Source: Auanema rhodensis (lineage: Eukaryota; Animalia; Nematoda). From it: 64,000 bases of DNA. Within the stretch, counting starts at the first letter, position 1. Each line of letters begins with the position of its first letter. Location of the stretch: the NCBI GenBank assembly GCA_964057225.1, contig OZ059898.1, positions 15,314,001-15,378,000 of the forward strand. Direction: 5' to 3'. Below are positions 40,261 through 55,554 of this stretch, one piece after another. A model generated the notes under the pieces. That model ran no database searches. It was not told where the DNA came from and saw nothing but the letters and a program-made list of their open reading frames with translations. The position numbers and the translations under genes are program-made.

Positions 40261-41482
40261 CTTTCTTTCTCTCTTTTTGTAGTTTTCACCTGTAAATCTC
40301 ACAAAGTTTTGGAAAATTTTCATGTTCTCACCCACCTTCGCTAAGATCATTCAATTCAAATTATAGATTATTCTTCTTGATGCTGATGAATGTTCATTAA
40401 AACATCGAAAAGATGATGTTAATTCACCCAACATAACTAACTTGTCCATGTTATTCCTAACTGAGGTTGTTTTATCAAATAATCTTCATAAATCTTCAAT
40501 ATCTCAGGTTGCAAGGCATTTAAGCTTGAGTGATATGTACAATTTCTGGGCTTCATTCAAGCTTGCTAACAGAGTTCGTTTTACTGGAAGTAATATCTGC
40601 ACAGATCTCTTATCAAAATAAATTTAAGGCAGTTGATCATTACTGGATTTCACAGCGTACTCTCTCATTATCTCCAACAACTTTACAAACCTTTTTTCCG
40701 AATTGCACTGAGTTACGTGACAATTCATTTCATTGGTTCAAAGCAATTGATCAGGTAATTCGGATGAATTGAAAGATGAATGAACGGATGACTGAAGGGA
40801 GGGAGGGAGGGAGGGAGGGAGGAAGGGAGGGATAGATGAATGGATGGATGGATGATGAGTACAACGTACTTCCGTGTATTTTCAAATTTAGATATTAGAA
40901 CTGATTAGCTATATACCAGTTAATAAGATTCGTTTTTTGGATTTTGAAGGATGTTGTTCAATGGATTGGACATTATTTACTGATTGTTTAGAAGTATTTT
41001 TAATTATATATTATATTAATATTTATATTTTATTTAAGGAAATCAATATAAATACAGAAAAATTATTTCAAATGGTTGAAAAAATTAATTTTAAAAATTG
41101 TATTATTTCTAGTGATGATCTTATATTAATGGCTGAGGTATATCAAAATTAAATATTAAAGTTTCTACTATAAACTTTATTTTTAAACTTGTACCCAAGT
41201 ACGTTCTCATTTAAATTCATTTCATTTTCAGGTTGTTCCAAATCTTCGAGCAATTACTATATCAGAAAGTTTATTTCATATATATTCTGACGAAGAGTGA
41301 GAAGGCGTTTGATTTAATATTCAAATAATTTTATAATTTCAAGGAAAAATATCAAATCTATTGATATTGAAAATGGCATCAGATTACAAAAAGCCAGAAT
41401 ATTAACAACATCACGCAAGAAAACATTAGATTTTCTTGCTACAACATTTAAAAAATTGGAAACTGTAACACTTCTTGAATAA
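40102..41482 (+). CDS. F-box-like / leucine-rich-repeat-like protein, 8 exons
   Basis: Continuous frame through GT-AG introns. The N-terminal part has an F-box-like segment ITNLSMLFLTEVARHLSLSDMYNFW, followed by LRR-like units (IRFLDFEGC, VEKINFKNC, PNLRAITIS, FKKLETVTL). TAA at 41480-41482 and AATAAA at about 41671. Confidence 0.7.
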
Positions 41483-42346
41483 GAATACGGCGCAGATGCA
41501 GATGAAGATGAGCGACTCTAGGAATCCGAGATAATGTTTTTCAGATTTAACATGAAAGAATGTTATATTCTAATTATTATTTTTATTTTTATTTACTTAC
41601 TTACTAATATTATTTTTATTATTTTTATCTTAAATTATGTGTTTTCTCATCTAAACTTGATCATAAAATGAATAAAGTGTATTTACTTCGATGTATGACA
41701 GATGTCATTTTATGAAAATAAATTATAAGTTTAATTGATTCCAATTAAAAATTTAAAATTCAGAACATTATTTCTAATTTTGGAATATTTTCAGTTAATT
41801 TTCGAGGAAAGTACTAGTCTGGATTCCAATGTCAAAATACATCTGCGACAGATTTTTTAATTAAAGTTCTTGGAATATTTGGAAAAAAATTAAAAACAAT
41901 GAAAACAAAATAATTTTTATAAGCTTATAAGCGAGATCACAATAACGAGTTGTTTAGGTTTTATGAAGAAGAAAAAGGTTTATAAAGCTGAGTTATTGAC
42001 CCATAGTTAAAACAAATTTTGATTTAAAGTAAAAAAAAATAATTTAGTTAACTAAAAATTTAAAAAAAATGAGAAAACATAAAAGAAAAAGATGAAGAAG
42101 AGGAAGAACATTGAGAACATACAATGGGCAAGAAATACAATAACATGACAAAAATTTGGAAAAGAAAATGAAGAATCACAGATGTTTAAATCTACATTTC
42201 CTAAAAAAAACAAAAAAAAAACATTTTTTCGTGACGGAAAGCAGAAAATTGAGCCGGTTCATCAGTCCTAGTTTATTTTGGTTTTTTAGCTTTAAAACTA
42301 CTAAAATATCTAAACATAATATCTATAATATCAACTCAGAAGCCTT

Positions 42347-45300
42347 CTATTTTTCTATAGAATTTGGATTAGCTGAACGAGTTGTACGGACAAGACGAGA
42401 TGGACCAGACGATGGACGGGTCTTCGCATCTGTAGCTGCGGCTGTTCGTGAAGGAATTCCTGTTCTTGAGGCTCCGGATGGCAGACCTTTTGATGTTGTT
42501 GTTGCTGTTGTTGTGGCTTTTGGAATAGCTGAGCTTCGAGTAGTGCCAGCAGATGATGGTTTAATCTGTGAATACAGAAGATTTGATTGCATGATGCTGA
42601 AACTGAGGATATACCTCTTTGGTTGATGATGGTGAAGCACGTTGGCCTGTTCGCACAGGAAGGCGAGCCGATTGAGCAAGTGGTGGATCTTTGACCATAG
42701 GCTTAACGACTGATTTCGGCTTTTCCGAAGACTATAAGGTTTTTTCAATTAAAATGAGATGTTCAAAATCCTAACAAACCTTCGAAGGAGATTGTTCAGG
42801 TCGAGGTAAACTGAGGAGCTTAGCTTTATCTACAGTCATAATGGTATGAGTTGTTTGTCGTTGAAGTTGACTATCTTCATTTTCCATTATTTTTTTCCGA
42901 GCTGGTGATTTTTTGATTTCAATTGCCTTTTCATGACCACGAGGAGAATTTGTTCTTGATGGCACTTTTTCTTTTGTTTCCTGAAAAAATCATAAAATTA
43001 AACTGAAGTTCTGAACTTGAGCATCTTACATTTGGTGTTACTGATCTTGTTTCCTTCTTTTCAATCTTTTCAGGTTTTGGAGCAATCACAGCTTCTTCAG
43101 GCTTCTTTTCAACTTTTTCAACCTTTTCAGTATTTTCCTTCTTCTCATTTGAGTTCGTTGGAGGCACTACTGGAGGATTTGATGCTTTTACTTCTTTACT
43201 AGGCGCTTTAGATATTTCTAAAATATTTTGTATTAAAATTATTTTGTTTAGAAGAATCTTACCTTTAGTACTTGCTTGACTAGATGGTCGAGAAGCAACA
43301 TGCTTATCTTGTTTCCTACTTCTTCGTGGACTTTCTGCTTCAACTGGCTATAAAGATATTGAGATATATGAAGAAACAACATGAAAATAATGAAAACCTG
43401 AGGTGGTGGAAGCTCTTTAAGCAAAGGAGCTGGTTCTTCAGCTGGCTTCATCTCAACATCTGTGGAGACGGATGGAACAGTCTGTTGGATAGTTGATAAT
43501 GGACGTCCTCTGGAATGACTTACAAGTTATTCAATGAGATAATAGAAAAAGCAACAACTAACCTATCGATAGATCTTGATCGATTTCCATTATTTTGAGT
43601 AAATTGAACACCTACAGAAGCCGAACGCTTATAACTTCGATTATAGCTTGATAATCGAGGTGGTGGCGCTTTAGGTTGTCGTAATTCCACAAACAGCCCA
43701 GCTAAACATACTCAGTATGAAGATATGTGAAAGAACAATGAAGATATTACTCTCTTGGATACGAAGCTGCTCTTCTTCAGTAAGAAGATTCCAAGCTTCG
43801 GCTTTTACTACAGAAGCAGCATAATGAAGAAGGTGCTTATCCACAATTTCATATAATCGTCGTATTAATGACACAAATCTCTGAAATAATATAAGTTTAA
43901 AACTTGAAAAATAGAAATTTCAAAATGTTTTTTTTATATTTTTGAAAGAAAAAAATGTTTTTAACCAAGTTAAAAGCTTAATTTATGCTAATTATACTTG
44001 TTGAAGTTGAAACAATTTCATTTTCGTTGTGTTTCCTCGTTCAACTTCAATTTCATTCCATTTTTTTCTTTTTAAAACAAAAAAAAAGTTGAAAGAAATT
44101 GAATTTTCTTACGTTGTTCGTTGAAGAAATGCTGATACTTACTTGACAATATTCATCTATTGGCAGGCTCATACCCCGTTTTGGTGATGGTGGAACATTG
44201 GATATATCAACTAATAGCTCATTTAAACCCTATAACATCAAAGTATTAACTATATGAATATAGTATTAGATCAAATGAAAATAATTTTGAAATGCTTACA
44301 CGGAATGTCTTAATGGCTACATCAGCTGATAATGAGTGAACAAGACTTGGCAATAAATCTTCCATAATTCCTAAGTTTAATGCTAATCCCTGAAAATAAT
44401 ATTGAACTAGTAATATTCTCAAGTTTTAATTTCAAGTTTTTCAAGTTTGAACTTGAATGATAGGTTGGTATTGAACGTACTTTGCCTTGCTGTTGGAATG
44501 ATTTACTTGTGACAACTAGATGAAATGAATGAACGAGAAATTGCATGGCAACATCTAATACATCATCAACCATGGATAAAGCATTAACTGAGCCTTCTGC
44601 TTTTGATCTTGGTAATGATATCTAAACATAGTTTTAATTAAAACTTTAAAACTTGAGCATTTTACCTGTAATCGTTCACATCCTAATATAGTATCAATTA
44701 CAGTTTCATCATCCATATGCTGTATTACGGCTTCATAACATTCCTTCTGCCATCGTTCATTCAAATGAAGAAATACACGACCTTTCCATATTCGGGCAAA
44801 ATGCTTTGCTTGCCATGCTAATGCCTACAAACAAAGTTTGTCTTCTTGATCTTTTTCATAAAACTTTATGATATATGTAGTTAGATATACGTATGTATCT
44901 ACATCTATGTAACTTACTTCATCATAAAGTGAACGAAGCGAACGAATTGCTGACATCTGAGGTAAAGCATCAAACACAGCAGATACACATCCAGCACATG
45001 GCTGAAATTAATAGAAAAATAGAAAAAATAAATAATATTAATGATTATAAGATATGAAATAGAATGAAGAGAATTGAAGTATATGCATACCCTATGAAAC
45101 CAGTGACATCGTGTAGCTTTCAGATGTAATATGACAACATCAGTTAGATCTTTAAGGTTAAGATGAGCAGCTAAAGCTATAATTTCCCAGATATCTATCT
45201 GAAATATAAATTATAAGAGAATATATCCATTAATCTACAATATGTATATAGAGGTTCAATGGATTATAAGATTCACTGGGTCCGATCCGGACATCTAATA

Positions 45301-48085
45301 TCGGGATCATACAGTATACTCCATCACATATTTTTACGAATATGAGCGTTTTCAATCAGAATTTTTCGTTATCAGAAGCTTTTTTTGTGAAAAAATACTA
45401 ATATTGGTTGAGATTACAAACAAAGAATACAAGCAACAAGATCACATACTTTCAAATATTTTTGAAAGTATCGGAGTAGCTTTTGATGAAATTTGAGAAT
45501 ATTTGAGATGATAAAGAAGATGAAAAAACTCACGTCATCTGGTATACCAGTAAGGCCACCGTATAGAAAACTCAGTAGAAAATGAACAGAATTTCGTGAA
45601 AATCTTCAAAATCATTAACATTAGATATTCTTGATATGATTGAAATCATTTAACTAACCCTTTCAACTCAATTCGTTTAGATTTCGTCAATTGTTGTCGG
45701 AAAAATGGACAAGTTGCTGATAAGATACATCTGAATTCAAAAAATAACATCAGAATTGAAAATAAGAGAAACTTATGAGCATGAAGATCACCATTTTCAG
45801 TTCGAATAATGACATCTGTATCCTCGTTATTCAGATACATCTGAAGTAATTCAGATGCCAATTTGCTTGCTGGAGCACGATCACATGGTGGAACAGTAGG
45901 ATCTGCAACATGTTTGGTTAATAAGCTTCTGAATCTTAAAATCTTACTGTCATTTGGGGTCATATCAATGCTTGTAAGTGATGTCAATGATGTCATTGAT
46001 AGTCGTTTTGACATTATAACTCTACCAGCTCCACTTCGTAAAGTATCAGATGATAAGGTACGATCGAGATTTGACAGCATCTGACCATCATCTGACAAGC
46101 CAATGAACATAGGAAAAATCTGTTTAGGACCTATAATAATTTGAAAAAAAAGATAAATAATGATAAGAAAAATCTATTTTACCTCCACTACTTCGTTTAC
46201 GTTGCAAATATTCTTTCATTGGATCATTTGATGGGCCACTATTATCCAAACGAATAAATTTACTCATAGCAACTGAAAAATTAGAAATAAAATTTTGAAT
46301 TAAAAATTGATTGAATGTTAAAAGAAATGAGTGAGAAAACATAATCTCTAGATGATGTATCTTCTCAATTTCATTCACAAATGATAATCGTTTGAGAAGA
46401 TGAGGATGAATATTGAGTAACTGACCTTCTTGACGATGTGGTGTTGTCTGCTGTTTTCGTTCTTGGTGAGCAGCTAAGTCTTCATCTTCTTCTGAGATAT
46501 CTGCTACTTCACTTCTGACAGAATAGTTTGAATAGTTCATTGGAGAACTTGTAGCTAGATCACGGAATGATGTCATCATCGGTACAGATGTAGACATTGT
46601 TGGAACAGATGATGTCAGCTGAGTAGCTGATTGATTCATAATACCGAAAAGTTGTGAATTTCCGGAAGTTAATGATGACGTCATTGCTTGCGATGACGAA
46701 GAACTCGAGCTCATCTGACGACGTTGATAGACTGGAGCTGCGAACTGAAACACAATTGTGATAGACGAGTAATAGAAAGACAAAGAATAAACTATAAGTT
46801 AAGAAAAGCTTACACCGGACGACTGTGGATAGTAGCCGAGGGGCGGGCGTCCGGTGGTTGGAGTTTCTTCTTCCAATGACCTGAAGAAATAAGTTGTTTC
46901 ATTTTGTCTGTAAGCAAGACATACCTCTCATCCACCCCTCCTTGGTGAAAATCCAACTCTGTGGATTCTTCCATGTTGTAGGATAGATTAGATGACTGAG
47001 ACGGAGGTCCTAAAATTGAAAATATCTTTAAATCAATGGAGTTAATATATTTCCAAAATAAATCCAAAAAAAAAAAATCCAAAATTCAAAACAAAATGTG
47101 AACAAAAGCCCATTGAAAGGTGTAGCAAAATCATAAATCCAAGTACTATGATAAGGATTTAAGGTGAAATGAAGGGGGATTTAGCTGTGTCAAGTGTGGT
47201 TTTAGTGCTTATAAAGCATTTGTTGTTGTTGTTGTTGTTGTTATTTATGTTTTTTCTTTGAAAATACGAAATAAATAAATGAATATGATGGTGTGGGTAG
47301 CAGAGGTGTTCTTCAAGCTTATAACCTACCCTTCCGTATATTACAACTAGCTTTAGCTTTTTTCTGCTTTTGGAGAACTTGACGACAACATTCACAAACT
47401 AAACTTCGTTTGGAATCTTTGAATAAGAAGAAAAAAGAAGTTTAAACGATGAATTAGCTATATAATTTCATTAATTTCAATAAAGTTTAGAAAAAAATCA
47501 ATTGCAGAGTAAGTTTTATATTAATAAATTTGATATTTTTGCTTATTTTTGTACAAAATTTGAAAATAAACGAAACATACGTCTGTCATCCATTTCATCC
47601 TGCTCTGACGGAAATTGGGCGATTTCATCTTCAGTATACACTGAATGAATGAAGAATTCAAGCCCAGCTGAATCAATATCGCCGATGGCTACCTGGAAAT
47701 TAAATTTTTATAGAAAAATAGAAAAAAACAGTTGAAAGTAGATGGATGAATGAATGGGAATTGGATAAACATCCACACCTCACGGAGTTTGCCCTCTTGT
47801 CTAGGGCCCATAGCAGCCACTGTGGCTTCTACATGCCGCTGGTAGAAGCCTGGAGCGCGTGCTCGTAGAATGCATTCGTGAGCTGGAAGCTTTTTGCCAT
47901 CTGCAGCTACAAGCAGTAAATCGGCTGACTCCAGATTACCAACCTTTAAGGTATGGATATATTGAAGATTCATGAAAGTTGAAACATACAAGTGAACTCA
48001 TTTGCTTTCGAATTTTTTCTGCTATTCGACGTTGAAGCTGTTCACGAACAGTATGATACTGTTCCCAAGTGACGGCTGATCGCAT
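42347..48085 (-). CDS. BTBD8-like (APache/KIAA1107 family) double-BTB protein with a long disordered basic C-terminus, about 23 exons
   Basis: BTB1: [31 protein letters not shown]2: [38 protein letters not shown]...[10 protein letters not shown] following helical segment CHWFHRPC...[15 protein letters not shown] matches the BTBD8 pattern (CNFFQKP...WIVKHFARFW) as recalled. In-frame stops lie upstream of ATG 48085; the stop is at 42347. Confidence 0.82.
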
Positions 48086-48452
48086 CAGAAGCAATTATAT
48101 TCAACATCTCATCTGAAATAGAATGATGAATGAACTATTTTGCAGAATATAAGGTTTTATTGTGGAGATGAGAGAAAAAGCTGAATGTGGTGAATGCGGC
48201 AAAAGCAATGAAAATGCTTGTGAAACGTTGGAATAGGTTGAAAAGGCTAAAAATGTGCCGAGAATTCTGAAACTTGTGTGAAAGCTAGCCGATAATAGGA
48301 TATGAAGAAGATGAATGTGAACTAACAATGAATGAACGACGGTGAATTTCAAGAAATTCGTCATATTCACATAATACAATGTAAAACAAATATTTTTTAT
48401 TTTATGAATGCAATATGATCAGAATTCAGAGAGTTCACTTAGAATATGAAGA

Positions 48453-48504
<52 letters not shown>

Positions 48505-48977
48505 GGGATGAAGCATTGCATCTGTGAGATACAACATCATCATCTACATCATCATCTACATCATCATCTAGTATAAGACAAGAAAGAATAAAGGAAAAGA
48601 CAAATACTGAAGATAGAAGCTATGTGAAAAGCTTAAATGGCTTGTGTTCGTTAAGTACGAAATCGAATGTTTCTGACGCAAATTAAGAAAAAGCCTCGCA
48701 TACATGTATATATCTCTAGCATTTGAGCTCATAGGATATCTTCATTTCTAGTATTTTCTCATGATTCTTTCAGCCAATGATGATTTGAATTTCAGATGTA
48801 TTAACTATATAGAAAAGATTTAACTATACAAATTATATACTAATTTATTGAAAATGAAGAAGAAAAAAACGTGAAAGTGGAATATTTTTTTGGGGAAAAT
48901 GACATATGGGTGGGTATAGACATACATACATACATATATGTTTGAAAAAAAATAGAAAATGAGGAAAAGACAGAATT

Positions 48978-49012
<35 letters not shown>

Positions 49013-52000
49013 GGGGGGGATGGAAGACTAAACGAGAAACAAAATTGGTCAAAAGCCGTAAAGAGACTTGGGTCAACAGCCGAGAAAATGGCAATATCTA
49101 CAAGAAGAATTGCTTAAAGATGACATGAGGAAGAGGATTCTGTGGAAAGGAAAACGGAAAAGAGAAACAATAGATAGAGGATAACGTTTTTGATAGAAAA
49201 ATATCAAAAACACTGAAAAACAAGCAGATTTTCAGATAACTCTTGTGGGAATTGGAAGAGAAAAAATAGAGAAATAAGGAAAAGTTGACGATGGGAATGT
49301 GACAACAACTAGCCATAGAATGATAGCTCGTAGTTAGTTCTGAACGTCTGAAGTGTGTAGAACGAGTAGTTCAATTCTTCGGAATTATTAGAGAATAGAT
49401 AGATCGAATGTGACATCTCTCACTCCCTCTCTTCCGCTCTCTCTCTCTCTTTCACTCTCTCTCTCTCTATGTTTTGTCTTGTTGGTCGTTCATTTCCATG
49501 GAGACTCATGGATGAACCATGATATGCAATGAGTAGAGAATAGATAATGGAGCTAATTATTGGAAATATTTTGTGATTGATAGTTAGCTATGTGTTGTTA
49601 TAGTTAATATAAATATATTCATAATATTATAGATATAAAGATTCTTATACATTGGAGTAGAAGAATACAGAAAATATGATAAATGATGACGTCAGAATAA
49701 GGTATGAAAGGAAGAGATAGAGGATGTAAGAGAGAAAGAGAGACAGAGAGAGAAACAAAGAGAGAGAGAGAGAGAGACAAAGAGCAGGACATTACTAACT
49801 ATACAACAAAATATTTTATAAAATAAGAGAAATAAGACAATATCTATGAAACTATAAAGGCAAGTTTTGTGTTGTTTTGCTCGACAAGCATAAACAACCT
49901 ATACCAAATGGAGAGAAAGTGTTGTTGATGATATTAACCTTCTGTTGAAAAATAAAAAAAAATGAAAATGAAGATCAAATAATCTAAAAATAGAAGAAAT
50001 AAACATCAAAATGATGTGTAAACATGTGAAAATGTTTTGAAAATTGAAGTTTAGAACTGAAAAAAATCTCAGCGAATACAAATCAATGGCAATTTGAATG
50101 AGCTACATGATGGAGAGGAGTAGAAGCATGGGAATAATGCTTAATGAGGCGGAAAAAAACAGAAACTTTTTGTTTTTTCTTAACTTTCTTCTATTAGCTT
50201 TTAACTTTCAACATGCTTCATACAAAATTTGTTCAAAAATCCGAATAAAATGGATGTTCAAGTAGTGAATATAACGTAGAGAAATAGAGAGGGAGGGGCG
50301 GCTAATCGATAAACTGCCAGCCAGACGAAGCCTTCTGGTTGCTGTTGGACCATGAAGATGGAGCAGAAACGAAACAACAGAGAATACAGAGCTTGAAAAA
50401 AATCTTTCCTAAATTATCCGTCTTAAGTCTCTGTGGTGAACTGAAATGAATTTTTGACGCGGCCAAAATGCTGACATGAAGCCGCTTGAGAACTTTAGTT
50501 CGGAGTTGCCCTCTTAGTCTCTAGTCGAACTTTTTTCTTTTTACATCTTCTCAAGCTGTTCTCTTAGAAATATTTTAAATATTGATAAGAAGAATACTGA
50601 GAGTTATGTTATTTTTAACAAAAAAAAATGTTGAAAAAAGATTTTCTTGAAAGAATGAATTAAGTTTGATAAATGCTTCTGAGACGAAGGACAGTAAAAG
50701 TACGAGAACAAAAAGTTTTTAAAGAAGTTTAATAACTAAAACTTGAATAAACATAAGCAAGCTTATATATAATAGATTATTCAAGTTAATTATAAGAATT
50801 CAACGGGTTAACACCAAAGATTCTTATTTCTTGTTTCGTTTGCCAACAAAAAAAACGAGAGAGAGAGACCAAGTTTATTCATAAAAGAAAAATATCAAAT
50901 TACAAAGTGAGGTGAAAAGCAAAGTAATGTTTGCTAGGGGGGAGGGGAATTCGATTATGCAAATTTGATAGAACTTACCCATTTTGAAGACTTCTTCCGT
51001 TATTTTTATTCTTTTTTTTTGTTTGAAAAATTATAAAAAAATGAAGAAAAAGCTGAGAATGTTAGAGCTGGTAGTAGAGATGAAAACCTTTTTTGGGCTC
51101 AGAAATGACAACAGTCAATGACTATCGTTTGTCTTAGTGTCGACTGAGTTGTCGCTCTCAGTCTGTGATCAAAGCTGTTGGGGTGTGTAAGACAGCTCTC
51201 TTGCATGCATTGGAAAATAGCTGAAAATGCTTTGGAATAGCAATGAATGGAAGAAAAATAGGATAAGATCAAGCTTTAACAGTCATCCTTCTTTCTTTTT
51301 TTTATTCAAAGGTCTTTTAACGAATTCAAAGAAGACAGTTTTAGTGTGGTGAAGTATTCAAGTTGGTCAAGTTGAAAAGCAGACGACAAACGATTATGAT
51401 GATGATGAGAGGAAGAAGAAGAAGAAGATGATGATGAAGATGATGATGAGGGTAAGTATGATGCTAAGGAAGAAAATAGAAATACTTGTCTTTTAAATTT
51501 TAAATTTTGGTTATACTATAGACATGATTTGAGAAAAATTGACGAACATATTGAAAACTTATAAAGAAATTATTTTTTTTAATTGATGAAGCAAAAATCA
51601 AAATAAAAAAAGTTGAAATTCAAAATGAAAAACAGAAGAACGATTGGAAAACTTGAATAAGAAATTGAAAATTACTAAAGAGAAGAATTCTTTTCTCTGA
51701 AAAATAATAGAAATAGAAGTTGAATTGAAGGAAACGGTGTCGATGAGTTGAGTGGAAAGGTGAGAAAGAAGAAATTGATGTGAGAAGTTGAAGGAATTCT
51801 GAAGTTTATTAGTTCGACAACTTCAAACAGTCTTATGGTTAGTAGGATAACATCCATTGAAAGTTAGTTAATACGAATAAATTATATAAAATGAATATAT
51901 AAGAAGAAAAGAAAGAAGAAAGAAAGAAAAGAAAATTATATGTTAGGTATTGCAATGTATGATCTTAAGCTGAACATCTGCTGTTTCTAATGAAGTTGAA

Positions 52001-52921
52001 CAAATAAATTATTATTATTCACAAGTTTTAACTAAATATTAGATGGTTGCTAGAGAAGCAAGAGATTACTTACTAGTTGCTATTGGAATAACACTGAGAG
52101 AGAGAGAGAGAGAGGGCTGAAACACACTATGAACTTTCTGCACATGGTTTTGGTTATAGCTAAGCGATCGAACCATATTAGGCGGTTAGATGACCGCAAT
52201 TATGACAGACGAGGAGAGAGGTAGATGAATGGAATAACAGTTTATAGGATAACCAGGGGGATGAGTGTGTGAGAGAGAGAGAAAGAGAAAGCATTGAAAA
52301 CAAGAGAATAAGAGCAACCATACTGGATGAATGAATAATATAAAGAAAGAAAGAGATTTACAAAGAGAAATAGAGAGGGAGAGGGAGAGAAAGCGAGAAA
52401 GAGAGAAAGTGAGAACGAGAGAAAGAGATAGAGAGGTAATGGTAATGTCCTATGTGCAACCATTCTATTGTATTTTTAAAAGAAAAATAAATGAGCAACT
52501 AATGGGCGTTAATATTCACGTGACATCACGTCAAAAATTAGAATATAATAGTGAAAATTCAAATATTTTTAATGAAAAATTTAGGAAAATCATCTTATAT
52601 AGCTTATAACAATAGAATATTCGTTATACTACATTAAACGTCTTTGTATCCTATTGATTTACATCTTTGTATGGATTTTGGACTCATGTCAATGGCCATC
52701 TTGCAGCTTAATCTGCACTTTGCCCCCAGGGTATATCCATCTGACTCACCATCAAATTCGCATATTTTCAAGCAGAAAACGGTTGAATAATAATTTTCTT
52801 TGCGAAAATCAGAGAGAAGTTTGGATTTTAAATAAATTGCAGGGAGAGAAATATAAATGATATCCAAGAAGAAAGATATAAAGGGAATCTGAGAGAGAGA
52901 AAATGATTTTCAGAAAGAGAA

Positions 52922-52980
<59 letters not shown>

Positions 52981-54296
52981 TCAATGGGAAAATAAATATT
53001 GATTTACATACATGGATACTTGATATTCTATCGGTTATGTTGTTAAAGTGGTTGGAAAAGCCTTTGAGGTTGTAGCCAACCACCACCATACAAACATCAC
53101 AGAAGCAGTCATGAATGGCCAGATGTCAACAGATGCCTCAATCATGAGCACTTCTGTGGGGATTTCATGAGCATCACACATACATACAAACATGTGAATA
53201 TATGTATATATCAAAAAGTTTTTTTTGTGAAAATTGAACGATTTTCGAATGTTTCAATGCAATTTTTTGAATTTGTTCCCCTCAAATACGGAAATCGAAT
53301 GGCTAGAACGAGCAATTACATATACATATGGGAGGTGAGAGAAGAATAATGGTAATGAACTGGCTTCTGATGGCAACGACAACGCCTTCTAAAGGTGACG
53401 AGCACGAAAAAGAGCAAAAGGATGATGAGCAAATGCTGAAAAGGAGAATGAACCAGGAAAACGAAGACAATCTAAATGATCAGCTGATGTCGATGAATCG
53501 GAAGAAACGCGACAATCTAGACAGGGAATAGTTGCCAAGCGTGGAAAATTGTCAATTATGAACAAACTAGTCTCTACTCAGTATGTTTGTATATGGAATG
53601 AAAAGACCTCAAATTTCGTGGATTCTCTTGTATTCTCTTGTATTGTAAATTTACGAGAGAAATAATGGTCTGAATAAAGAGAAAATAGAAAATAAATGGT
53701 GAAAGTTAGAGAGAAAAAAGTCAAAAAAGCTAAACCGCATGAAGAAAAAGTTAAAAAGTAAAGGAGAAAAGGTTTTATAAACAACAACTTTTCTGAATAT
53801 TCATTCACCAAAAAAACAATTTAAGGCTGTGTTTGGAGAGTGGGAGGGCAGTAATCTAGGAGTCCCATATAAGAAGGAAACAATCTGAGAAGTCAAGAGG
53901 TTATAAGAGATAGCTAAGTGACTGTTTGGATAGAATGACATATGGATGAGCCAAAAAGGTGATGTCTGTTGCTCAAATGCTTGTTTTGACTTTGTTTTAT
54001 AGAAGCTGACTGACTGAAAATATGAAAGTTGTACTTAGAAGAGTGTTGAATCTAAAAACGAACGGCAAATCCGAATGAGAAGATAAAAGAATTGGGATGA
54101 GGAAGGGAAAGAGGGTGGGGAAGGGGGTGAGGGAACGACAGGATGGAAAAGAAATAAAGATGAATAGTAATCGAAGGCGATAATTAGTATAACGAAATAG
54201 CTATGAAGAAGACGAATACATTGACAATACATGAAATACATATATGAGGAACATGACTAGCTTAAGCAATGAAGAAAGTAAATGGAACAAGAGAAT

Positions 54297-54344
<48 letters not shown>

Positions 54345-54624
54345 GAGAGTATAGGGAAAGAGAGATATAATCATAGTTTGTCATCAATTACTACATTGAC
54401 CAAAATCTAATTAAAGGCTAAAACTAATAGTAGTAGTAGAAGATACATATGATACTATGTGAAATGATATAGTTCAACAGCCTAAGCTCGTTCAATATCT
54501 CTTTAAGCTTATGATAGTGAAAGCTGCAACTGTTCTCATTCTAATCATCAAAATCTTAATTCCTTTTCCGTTCATTCGTTTGCTCATGTTGCTGGCTCAG
54601 GTCATTCTCTGAGCCAATTCCAGC

Positions 54625-54678
<54 letters not shown>

Positions 54679-55474
54679 TATCTGACAGAGACAGACTAAC
54701 TGCTGAGATGATGCCGACGAGAGACGAAATTATTCGTTCAGTTTAGTATATCCATATGGTTACAGCTTTTATAGTTTAGAGATGAATTGAGTGCAAAGAG
54801 ACATCTGTCATCATAACTTCTATTTTATATTTAATCTACATCATCATCATCAAGTATAGTTAAGAAGATGAGAAAAACAGTAGCTAACTATATCATATAA
54901 TTAAGTGATTAATCATATAGAATTATAACATCAAACACACACACATACATTATATACAACAGCTCCTAGTCATGTGACATTTGCCATCAATTTTCTGCTT
55001 TAAATTAAAGAAAAAGGAACCTAATCTCGAAAAAGAAAAGAAGAAAAAGAAGAATATTTCCCGAAAATGGAGTAGTTATGAGAGAAATGGAACAAAACAT
55101 TTTTTTGGTATTAGTTTCAGCAACATTTTATTTCATAAAATAAGTGAAAATATAAAGAAAACATACATATAAATCATGATTTTAGTGAAAATAATTCATT
55201 TTTTACGAAAAAAAAAACAAACATTTTAGAACAAAAGAAGTCAAAAGGAAATACAATGACTGACACAATATGAACACATCATTTTCAAATAAGCCTAATA
55301 CAACAGAGAAACCGGAACGCTAAACGTTGGATCAATATGCTTTAGCTTTGGCTTCGTACAACCCGCAAATGGAAACGGAAGAGTGCTTAGCAGCTGGGCT
55401 GAGAATACGTTCGCGAAAGGAAATTACCGAGATTCAAAACCTATTTCAATGCTCATGGTCACTAATGCCTTTAA

Positions 55475-55554
<80 letters not shown>

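Noticed and set aside
45316-45478. TACTCC...GGAGTA as a MITE in a BTB-gene intron
   Set aside because: The inverted match is only about 6 bp.
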